IMG/VR virus record: IMGVR_UViG_3300049460_000196
Location: 32,001 to 96,000 of that record
Strand: one strand, 5' to 3'
Source: a virus
Length of the DNA stretch: 64,000 nt
Notes under the pieces: generated by a model
What the model saw: the letters and a program-made list of their open reading frames with translations, nothing else
Told to the model about the DNA's origin: nothing
Databases searched by the model: none
Shown: positions 37,325 to 43,998 of the stretch, piece by piece
Position numbering within the stretch: position 1 is the first letter of the stretch
How the letters are laid out: the number at the start of each line of letters is the position of its first letter
Program-made: the position numbers and the translations under genes

Positions 37325-37395
37325 TTTGATTTGACGTGGCACACGTCGATCTCGGGGGTGGCAGGAGCAATCCAATCAAACAACTACACTTGGAA

Positions 37396-37440
37396 TTACT
37401 TAGTCACCCCCGAAAGTTTGCCAGATTTGTCACTTTCCAT
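37396..37440 (-). CDS. Lys-containing micro-ORF MESDKSGKLSGVTK (candidate leader)
   Basis: SD AAAGGAG; 3' part TCGGGGGTGAC pairs with GCCACCCCCGA at 37342-37352. Confidence 0.55.
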   Translation of the reverse strand: MESDKSGKLSGVTK

Positions 37441-37470
37441 GACAGGCTCCTTTCAGAAATGTAATTTGGA

Positions 37471-37593
37471 TATTGCGATTTACCAGGTATCCCAATGACG
37501 AGACCAATCGCTCCAACAGGCTGGAGTTCCAGATGATGCGCATTCAACTCGCGTTGACCATACGTGCCACTCACGGCATAACACCTCGCAATA
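37471..37593 (-). ncRNA. Unknown structured RNA
   Basis: Closing stem TATTGCGA/TCGCAATA with internal hairpins. Confidence 0.4.
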
Positions 37594-37598
37594 AAACT

Positions 37599-37674
37599 TG
37601 GTGGAGGATATCGGGATCGAACCGATGACCTTTAGCTTGCAAAGCTACTGCTCTCCCAGCTGAGCTAATCCCCC
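37599..37674 (-). tRNA. tRNA-Ala(TGC)
   Basis: Canonical, G3-U70. Confidence 0.93.
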
Positions 37675-37764
37675 AGGGTGGCAATGTTTGTACCGGTATG
37701 GCAAACATCACCCGCACATGCCGACTAGAACCTTTTCAGGGGATGAGGACATGAACGTTTAACT

Positions 37765-37841
37765 TGGTCTCCAGTGCAAGATTCGAACTTGCGCCCCATG
37801 GTCCCAAACCACGTGGATTAACCTGACTTTCCTAACCGGAG
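37765..37841 (-). tRNA. tRNA-Pro(TGG)
   Basis: TT TGG GA, CCA. Confidence 0.88.
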
Positions 37842-37850
37842 ATAAAAACT

Positions 37851-37890
37851 TGGTATCTAGTACTGGTCTCGAACCAGTGACCTCATCGAT
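37851..37890 (-). pseudogene. 3' half (nt 37-76) of a split tRNA, probably Val(GAC)
   Basis: AT-CGATG-AGGTC-T arm-ACTAGAT-A-CCA. Confidence 0.85.
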
Positions 37891-38148
37891 TTAATCGATT
37901 GTACCGTTGACTTTTATTTGTACAAGATCGCTAAACATTTTAGAGATCCCACTCAACTCATTCAAATAATCTTCCGTCAACTTATCGTCTTCGGTTAATT
38001 CAACTTTTAAATTAAGTTCAGCTCTTTGTTCTTGTACTTGTTTGTGAATAAGTGCAGTGGCCACTTGCAATGTGTCGATTGGTAAACTACTCGCCAACAT
38101 AGCTACTGCATTCCGAAGTGCCAATATTTGTACTTGAGTTGATGACAT
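37891..38148 (-). CDS. Hypothetical protein (cassette cargo)
   Basis: 85 aa, SD AAGGAG; stop lies exactly at the insertion junction. Confidence 0.7.
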   Translation of the reverse strand: MSSTQVQILALRNAVAMLASSLPIDTLQVATALIHKQVQEQRAELNLKVELTEDDKLTEDYLNELSGISKMFSDLVQIKVNGTID

Positions 38149-38207
38149 ATGATTCTCCTTTAGAACAAACAGGATGCACATGTTTTTGTCATACCGCAAT
38201 ATTATTC

Positions 38208-38282
38208 TGGTACTCACGGAAGGAATTGAACCTTCGACCCTCTCCACGTCAAGGAGGCATTCTACCACTGAACTACGTGAGC
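38208..38282 (-). tRNA. tRNA-Val(GAC), carried in the cassette
   Basis: TT GAC GT loop, CCA. Confidence 0.88.
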
Positions 38283-38283
38283 A

Positions 38284-38637
38284 TTATCTTTTCTTGTTAC
38301 CCCAGGTAGGGGTCTGTCTGTGGCAGTTTGGACACAGAAATCTCAAATTATCTGGATGATTGTTGGTCTTTACCCCATCCATATGGTCGATATCCAAACT
38401 AAGTGGTTTACCGCACCAGTCACTTACTGCACAACATGAACAGGCATAACCGTCGCGTTCCGTTAAGAACTTGATCATCGCCGGGCTATTATAATGAACA
38501 GCACCTTGCAATATTTTCGGTTTGGTAACCGATATCCAGGTAAATGCGTGTTGGCATTTGTTCGAGCAGTATTTGCCATTAAATGCTGGCGGTTTATACT
38601 TTGTTGGTTTACCACAATTGATACATGATCTTTCCAT
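38284..38637 (-). CDS. HNH endonuclease
   Basis: CINCG..YCSNKC; LDIDHMDGVKTNNHPDNLRFLCPNCH; TATAAATA upstream. Confidence 0.9.
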   Translation of the reverse strand: MERSCINCGKPTKYKPPAFNGKYCSNKCQHAFTWISVTKPKILQGAVHYNSPAMIKFLTERDGYACSCCAVSDWCGKPLSLDIDHMDGVKTNNHPDNLRFLCPNCHRQTPTWGNKKR

Positions 38638-38675
38638 ATAAGCACCTTTTCAGGTATTTATAAGAGCGATCTGGT

Positions 38676-38710
38676 TCAACGATGTGCTCTACCAACTGAG
38701 CTAACTAGAT
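38676..38710 (-). pseudogene. 5' half (nt 1-35) of the split tRNA
   Basis: ATCTAGT-TA-D arm-CATCG-TT-GA; pairs with the 3' half at 37851. Confidence 0.85.
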
Positions 38711-38719
38711 ATTGAAACT

Positions 38720-38794
38720 TGGCAGCGAATCTAGGGCTCGAACCTAGGACCTTGAGATTCAAAATCTCCTGCTCTACCTCTGAGCTAATCCGCA
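38720..38794 (-). tRNA. tRNA-Gln(TTG)
   Basis: Cloverleaf, G73, CCA. Confidence 0.88.
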
Positions 38795-38803
38795 ACTGAA
38801 ACT

Positions 38804-38883
38804 TGGCGACCTAGATGGGTATCGAACCCACCTGAATATCTTCCGTGACAGGGAAGTGACCACTCCATGCAGTCCCCTAGGCC
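38804..38883 (-). tRNA. tRNA-Asp(GTC)
   Basis: CT GTC AC, CCA. Confidence 0.85.
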
Positions 38884-38900
38884 ATATTACTAATTGTCAA

Positions 38901-38972
38901 TGGTCCCTCGTGATGGAGTCGAACCACCCTATTAGCGTTCGTAGCGCCAATGCCGTATCCCACGGACGAGAG
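38901..38972 (-). tRNA. Compact tRNA-Arg(ACG)
   Basis: Same architecture as 20063-20134; CT ACG AA. Confidence 0.75.
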
Positions 38973-38984
38973 AAATATTCTTAG

Positions 38985-39070
38985 TTGCGGGCCCTGGATT
39001 TGAACCAGGACAAGCATTAGATGTCTCGGGATTATGAGCCCCGCGTGTTACCAGGTTACACTAACCCGCG
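38985..39070 (-). tRNA. Initiator tRNA-fMet(CAT) with long variable region, no CCA
   Basis: C1-A72 mismatch, G-rich anticodon stem, 17-nt variable region. Confidence 0.75.
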
Positions 39071-39100
39071 ACTAAGAATACTTGGTATTACATACTTGAA

Positions 39101-39179
39101 TGGTGCGTCAGGCAGGGTTCGAACCTGCATGTGTCCAGTTACCTTTCGCCTGGTTCGTAGCCAAGGGGGATACTGACGC
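39101..39179 (-). tRNA. Atypical tRNA-Arg(ACG), D-loop displaced into the variable region
   Basis: GCGTCAG-TA-TCCCC-CTTGG-CT ACG AA-CCAGG-CGAAAGGTAACTGGACACAT-T arm-CTGACGC-A-CCA. Confidence 0.68.
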
Positions 39180-39181
39180 TT

Positions 39182-39256
39182 TGGTAGTTCCTGTTGGGAT
39201 CGAACCAACGACCTTCGCCTTGTAAGGGCGCTGCGCTACCTCTGCGCCAAGGAACC
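39182..39256 (-). tRNA. tRNA-Val(TAC)
   Basis: Cloverleaf, CCA. Confidence 0.9.
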
Positions 39257-39272
39257 ATTGCATTGTTGATTG

Positions 39273-39349
39273 TGGTCGCTTCTGATAGTATCGACGTATC
39301 GTCTACCCCTCTTCACGGGGCCGCTAGTACCATTCTCAGCTAAGAAGCA
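39273..39349 (-). tRNA. tRNA-Phe(GAA), divergent T loop
   Basis: GT GAA GA loop; T loop GTCGATA. Confidence 0.65.
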
Positions 39350-39382
39350 AGTTTTTATCAACAACGATTTACTACAAAAATC

Positions 39383-39457
39383 TGGCAGGGAATGTTGGGC
39401 TTGAACCAACGACCTTCGGATTCAGAATCCGCTGCTCTACCTCTGAGCTAATCCCCA
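39383..39457 (-). tRNA. tRNA-Gln(CTG)
   Basis: Cloverleaf, CCA. Confidence 0.88.
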
Positions 39458-39474
39458 ACTGTGTACTACTAAAC

Positions 39475-39549
39475 TGGTGCCCCAGGATGGAATCGAACCA
39501 CCGCACGCTGCTTACAAAACAGCACCTCTACCATTAAGGATACAAGGGC
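39475..39549 (-). tRNA. tRNA-Thr(TGT)
   Basis: TT TGT AA, CCA. Confidence 0.85.
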
Positions 39550-39562
39550 GTAATATCGTTTG

Positions 39563-39647
39563 CTCCGAGAGCTGGATTCGAACCAGCGGCGGCCTTTACG
39601 GCGACGGATTAACAGTCCGGTCTCTGCTACCACTCGAGTACCTCGGA
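39563..39647 (-). tRNA. tRNA-Asn(GTT) with long variable arm, no CCA
   Basis: CT GTT AA; variable hairpin GCC-GTAAA-GGC. Confidence 0.8.
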
Positions 39648-39675
39648 GCAAACAATACTACCTATAAATCATATG

Positions 39676-39748
39676 CTGTCAAGACTGGGCTCGAACCAGT
39701 GACCCGATGATTAACAGTCATCTGCTCTACCAACTGAGCTACATGACA
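39676..39748 (-). tRNA. tRNA-Asn(GTT), no CCA
   Basis: Canonical cloverleaf. Confidence 0.88.
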
Positions 39749-39766
39749 GCATATGATTCATAAACT

Positions 39767-39844
39767 TGGTGGTGTTGGGCGGCCTCGAACCGCCAAGCAA
39801 CAGGATCTCGACCTGTTAGGTATACCAATTCCCTTCACAACACC
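39767..39844 (-). tRNA. tRNA-Leu(GAG), short variable region
   Basis: TC GAG AT loop, CCA. Confidence 0.75.
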
Positions 39845-39845
39845 T

Positions 39846-39922
39846 TGGTAGTCCCTGTTGGATTTGAACCAACGACCTATGCGTTATCAACACATTGCTC
39901 TAACCAGCTGAGCTAAGGAACC
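39846..39922 (-). tRNA. tRNA-Ile(GAT)
   Basis: Cloverleaf, CCA. Confidence 0.92.
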
Positions 39923-39930
39923 TTCGTATT

Positions 39931-39990
39931 AACGGGATGACTTTTGGTTTCTGTTTTCAAAAGAAGTTTTTAGTTGCTGTACGCATCCCA
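39931..39990 (-). ncRNA. ACAGCAA family 6 (short)
   Basis: GGGATG-CGT-ACAGCAA...CATCCCGTT. Confidence 0.6.
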
Positions 39991-40012
39991 TAAGTCTTGC
40001 GACTCATTTTCT

Positions 40013-40088
40013 TGGCTAGGGTTGATGGACTCGAACCACCGACATACGGGATCAAAACCCGCTGTTCTACCAACTGAACTAAACCCCA
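40013..40088 (-). tRNA. tRNA-Gln(TTG)
   Basis: Cloverleaf, CCA. Confidence 0.9.
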
Positions 40089-40099
40089 ACTGTAAACCA

Positions 40100-40174
40100 T
40101 GGTCGTTGATATTGGTATCGAACCAATCTCTATGCCTTATCAAGACATTGCTAATCCATCTCAGCTAATCAACG
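40100..40174 (-). tRNA. tRNA-Ile(GAT)
   Basis: TT GAT AA, CCA. Confidence 0.85.
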
Positions 40175-40184
40175 ATTTAATACT

Positions 40185-40261
40185 TGGCGGAACAGACGGG
40201 GCTCGAACCCGCGACCTTCGCCGTGACAGGGCGACGCTCTAACCAACTGAGCTACTGCTCC
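40185..40261 (-). tRNA. tRNA-Asp(GTC)
   Basis: Canonical cloverleaf. Confidence 0.93.
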
Positions 40262-40305
40262 AACGACATGCAGGGCAGTTTTGCCTCACATCATGTTATG
40301 AAATC

Positions 40306-40376
40306 TGGTGGACCGTACGGGACTCGAACCCGTGATAGAGCATTGCAAGTGCCCCGCCAACCCCTGAAGACAGCCC
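40306..40376 (-). tRNA. Compact tRNA-Ala(TGC)
   Basis: G3-U70, reduced D arm, 6-bp anticodon stem, CCA. Confidence 0.7.
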
Positions 40377-40396
40377 AGAAATCTTATTACTAAACT

Positions 40397-40472
40397 TGGT
40401 GCAGTCAACTGGTATCGAACCAGTATCCCCGGACTTTCAAACCGTCGCATAGACCATCTTTGCTATGACTGC
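40397..40472 (-). tRNA. tRNA-Phe(GAA)
   Basis: TT GAA AG, CCA. Confidence 0.8.
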
Positions 40473-40502
40473 ATGAAACTTGATTGCTCAAGTTCTAAAA
40501 CT

Positions 40503-40577
40503 TGGTGCCCCCGGTTGGTATCGAACCAACCTCTACGACTTTTCAGGCCGTCGCTAATCCATCTCAGCTACAGGGGC
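40503..40577 (-). tRNA. tRNA-Phe(GAA)
   Basis: CT GAA AA, CCA. Confidence 0.88.
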
Positions 40578-40604
40578 ATATTCACATTATTCAAATTCAC
40601 TATG

Positions 40605-40678
40605 TCAGATGTGAAGGGATCGAACCTTCGACCTCATGGTCCCAAACCACGCGCTCTCCCTGGCTGAGCTAACACCTG
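40605..40678 (-). tRNA. tRNA-Pro(TGG), no CCA; first tRNA of the array
   Basis: Canonical cloverleaf. Confidence 0.88.
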
Positions 40679-40874
40679 ACATAATAAACTTGAATAATGT
40701 GTGTAAATGAATGTCGATGAACTGATCTTCATTTACACACATGAACTTGATTTTACTATCCGCGTTATCGCCGCGTGTTCATCCCAAGTTCCGCCCATTT
40801 GACTCTCTTTTAAGTGTGAGCCGAGGATCTCGTTCCCTCATTTTCACTGTACTGCTTGCTGCTTTTCGTGTCCC

Positions 40875-40913
40875 AAAACAAAAAACCCCGGGACTTTTCA
40901 GTTTCCCGGGGTT
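40875..40913 (-). terminator. Intrinsic terminator (attenuator) before the tRNA array
   Basis: AACCCCGGGA-loop-TCCCGGGGTT followed by TTTTGTTTT. Confidence 0.85.
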
Positions 40914-40932
40914 CTGTGGAGGAGCTTAGACT

Positions 40933-41079
40933 TTACATCTTCGCTCGTCCCTTAATCCCGGGCACGGTAATATTAAACAACTTCGCATCAATCGCCAGCG
41001 GCCAGACAGCCATACGCACGGTCGCTGGAAGGCGGCGTGTCGCTTGCTGTTTAGGTTGATGGAAATTGAAGGCGTTCAT
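40933..41079 (-). CDS. 48 aa candidate attenuator leader peptide
   Basis: MNAFNFHQPKQQATRRLPATVRMAVWPLAIDAKLFNITVPGIKGRAKM; stop 20 nt before the terminator; contains CCCGGGA complementary to the terminator arms. Confidence 0.7.
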   Translation of the reverse strand: MNAFNFHQPKQQATRRLPATVRMAVWPLAIDAKLFNITVPGIKGRAKM

Positions 41080-41207
41080 TTTAATTTACTCGTTTCTCTC
41101 GAAAAGTTTATGCAGGGAACAACATTGCTCTCTGCTTCATATCTATTTAGTTAAGTGACTCAAATCCCTGCACAAAAGCACAGAAAACTGAGGTTTTAAC
41201 AAATAGC

Positions 41208-41342
41208 AACAAGTTTTAAGCCGTTCACTGTGGAAATTCGCATCCCACGTAATCGCCGCTGTACTATCCCCGCCGCCCCAGCACTACAAGAGCGCCTCAA
41301 ATGCGATTCACCGGCAGGAAACATGAAAGCTTAAAACTTGTT
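41208..41342 (-). ncRNA. Unknown structured RNA with its own promoter
   Basis: 14 bp closing stem AACAAGTTTTAAGC/GCTTAAAACTTGTT; TTGACA-17-TAGAGT at ~41359-41387. Confidence 0.55.
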
Positions 41343-41422
41343 ACCACTTAGTTTGTAACACTCTACAGCATAATTTATAAATGTCAAGAATTATTTTTGC
41401 CTTCTTGTCATTTATTTTCAGC

Positions 41423-41525
41423 TGTTAGGTTTGCCCCTGTCTGTTACCCAGGACTACTAGGCTATCGACCTGCGAACAAGTCTAAGCGCTCCATCTCGGG
41501 CGGATGATCAGAGGCAAACCTAACA
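41423..41525 (-). ncRNA. Unknown rod-like RNA with its own promoter
   Basis: Stem TGTTAGGTTTGCC/GGCAAACCTAACA; TTGACT-17-TAAAGT at ~41572-41600. Confidence 0.5.
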
Positions 41526-41703
41526 ACTGGCAATTTACTGCGTGCCACTTTGTTGCTGCATCATGTGTTGAACTTTACAGAACTAATTTCGTAAAGTCAA
41601 ACACTTTTTGAAATCTTTTTACAACAACGACATCTTGCTGTTTTGCTGCAACAGAAGCCACTTTACATGGCTTCCTGTGTCTGGTCAAATATGCTTTGAC
41701 TTT

Positions 41704-41950
41704 AACTGGATGGTCCGACGGTCGTTTTTACTGTTTATCGTGGAGTCCTCAGTAACGTAACTGTTGATGTCTTCCCCGGATCTAACCGAGCGTCAATCAA
41801 CCAGCCCTTTATAGTTACTGCCATCGACTACACTATGGCACCTCGCTGCACCATGCGTCTAGTTCACGTCCTACTAGCAAATAGTTGAGTCTCAAGTATT
41901 GCTACAATCTCCCAACACATCATTTTTAGGTGAGTTGCTGTACCCATCCA
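41704..41950 (-). ncRNA. ACAGCAA family 7 (long cargo)
   Basis: TGGATGG-GT-ACAGCAA...CCATCCAGTT. Confidence 0.6.
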
Positions 41951-42019
41951 AGGGTGTCAGATCGTTGATGCTTGCGTGATAGTTGCCTATCCCATGTGGT
42001 CCAACGATCCAACAAATTT

Positions 42020-42335
42020 AACAGGATTAGCTGTTTCCCTTTTCATTTAAGCGCACGTCAGGATCCATATACGCCGAGATGGATTACCATCATCATCTAG
42101 GTTTCTGTCTAGCCCATACAGGGTTCTCGTCCCCGACACAGTGTGAAGAACAGGTGGTTTTCACAACCCATTCGATCTTGTCACACGCACAGTTCTCCTC
42201 GTCCTCAACAATCCGCTTCAAAGCCACAGACAACTTCCGGCTCCACGAACTTTCCCACGCTGTCATAGTAGTTGAGGTGGAAAACAACACTTTTAAAGTT
42301 GGCTTTTTTAGTGTGTTTTGCTGTATCTAATCCTA
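42020..42335 (-). ncRNA. ACAGCAA family 8 (long cargo)
   Basis: AGGATTAG-AT-ACAGCAA...CTAATCCTGTT; TTGCAT-17-TATATT promoter upstream. Confidence 0.6.
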
Positions 42336-42424
42336 CCAGCGATTTCCGGATTAACGTTGTCGCCAGGTCACTAATATAACGTACTGGTACTCGTGATGCA
42401 ATAACTTTTTGAATTCTTTTTGAA

Positions 42425-42907
42425 TTATTCGGTCTGGCTCTCGTAAGGCATCTTGCCAGCTGCCAGACGGCGCATGATGTGGCGCATTTCAACAGGCTCA
42501 AACATGCGATCTTGCGCGTCCAGTGACGCATCCTTGAATGCAGTCATCTTGTACTCTTTGCCGCCCAGGAAGATACGATTCATAGCTCCCTCTGGGTTAT
42601 TGGGCAAGTAACGATGCCATACCAGTTTAGTGCCAGTGTCGTCACCAGCAACAACCACGAAGGAGCCAGCTGACGACATATAACCGTCGCGCAGGGCGGC
42701 GCCTATTACAATGTGGGTGAGGCCTTGACGCTCACACAGCGCCTTGACAGCAAGCCAGTGCTTTTCCATCACAGACGAACTGAACTGGAAGCTGTCTGGA
42801 TGGCCGTAGAAATAGGAGGTGGGGAAGGTGATGGTTTGGTCACCGATGCCGGTCAATACACGGTTTGGAATTCCGTTCGCATCGTAGGTGATTTTGCGCT
42901 TGGCCAT
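42425..42907 (-). CDS. Hypothetical protein
   Basis: 160 aa, SD GGAG. Confidence 0.75.
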   Translation of the reverse strand: MAKRKITYDANGIPNRVLTGIGDQTITFPTSYFYGHPDSFQFSSSVMEKHWLAVKALCERQGLTHIVIGAALRDGYMSSAGSFVVVAGDDTGTKLVWHRYLPNNPEGAMNRIFLGGKEYKMTAFKDASLDAQDRMFEPVEMRHIMRRLAAGKMPYESQTE

Positions 42908-42965
42908 TCATTGCTCCGTTGTGTTCAGATGTTCCTATTATAGACACAAATGAACAAAGGATCAA

Positions 42966-43889
42966 CTAGAAGGACCAGGTTTGTCCAACCAATTTTGCAA
43001 GCCAGACGTGACATTCACGCGCCAGACCAACCTCCATGGCATCGATCATCTTTTGCATATGAGCATCGCCGTGCTGTTCACGGAAATATGCAAACACATC
43101 AGCTTTGCGGATCAATGAGTAGTATTCGCCGCTTCCAAGATGATTTTTACTGTCTTTCAAGGCCGCAAAGCGCTGAGCCCATTCGCTTACGGGCAATAGC
43201 GAAATCTTACCGGTTATGATATACTGAGCAATTAATTCAGAGAAACAATCAGCTGTATTGTTTAACGCAATCTTACGGGCGCACCTGGTATTTTGCAGCA
43301 CCATCAGGGTTGGTCGCCATGCATCTGGATACATATCGCACTCTTCTGGCGGGCTCTCAAATTCTGCCTGTCGAGCTTTTCCAGTTTCAATTTCATAACG
43401 ATACTGCCGTGGTTGGCCATCTGAGGCTAGCTGACAATATTCGATCATACATTCACGTACTACTTGAAAGACATGACCATTCTCCAGACGGCGACCGATA
43501 GCTTGGTTGGGGCGATAGATTAAGTTCAGATGCCCAATACGATGGGCCAGCATCCATGCTGTGAACGGCATGTAATTGCTTATGCCCGTTATATTATTGC
43601 AATAAATGAGCTGAATACTGTTGGGGGCTTCCTGCTGTTGTTCAAGTTCAGCAGCTTTGAAGAACTCGTGATCAAGGCCCATCATGGCCTTGTTGTTTGC
43701 CAACGGATGAATTTTGAAGCGAAAATCGAAGGGAGTTTTGTTAAACGAACTGAGAATCTTTGCTCTCCCAGAGCTAGATACTATGGGCAGTATGTCGTCA
43801 GTTGTAAGCTGGGCGGAGCTCATCTTACCATCTTCCCGGTAACGAGGAGTGTTTATTTCACCACATACTTGTAAGGACGATATGCTCAT
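42966..43889 (-). CDS. Hypothetical protein
   Basis: 307 aa with PFTAWMLAHRIGH motif. Confidence 0.7.
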   Translation of the reverse strand: MSISSLQVCGEINTPRYREDGKMSSAQLTTDDILPIVSSSGRAKILSSFNKTPFDFRFKIHPLANNKAMMGLDHEFFKAAELEQQQEAPNSIQLIYCNNITGISNYMPFTAWMLAHRIGHLNLIYRPNQAIGRRLENGHVFQVVRECMIEYCQLASDGQPRQYRYEIETGKARQAEFESPPEECDMYPDAWRPTLMVLQNTRCARKIALNNTADCFSELIAQYIITGKISLLPVSEWAQRFAALKDSKNHLGSGEYYSLIRKADVFAYFREQHGDAHMQKMIDAMEVGLARECHVWLAKLVGQTWSF

Positions 43890-43998
43890 AAGCGACTTTC
43901 ATTTAAGATATGCCATTATAGCAAGATCTCATAATCAAGTCAACAAATGAAAAAGCCCCAGGAATTCCTGGGGCTGATGATCCGAAGATCAGTACAGC

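Noticed and set aside
37891-38675. Group I or II intron in the split Val tRNA
   Set aside because: The insert is almost filled by two ORFs and a tRNA, leaving no room for a ribozyme core
32296-40678. CRISPR array
   Set aside because: The recurring GGTTCGA and CCA motifs are tRNA elements; no regular repeat-spacer units or cas genes
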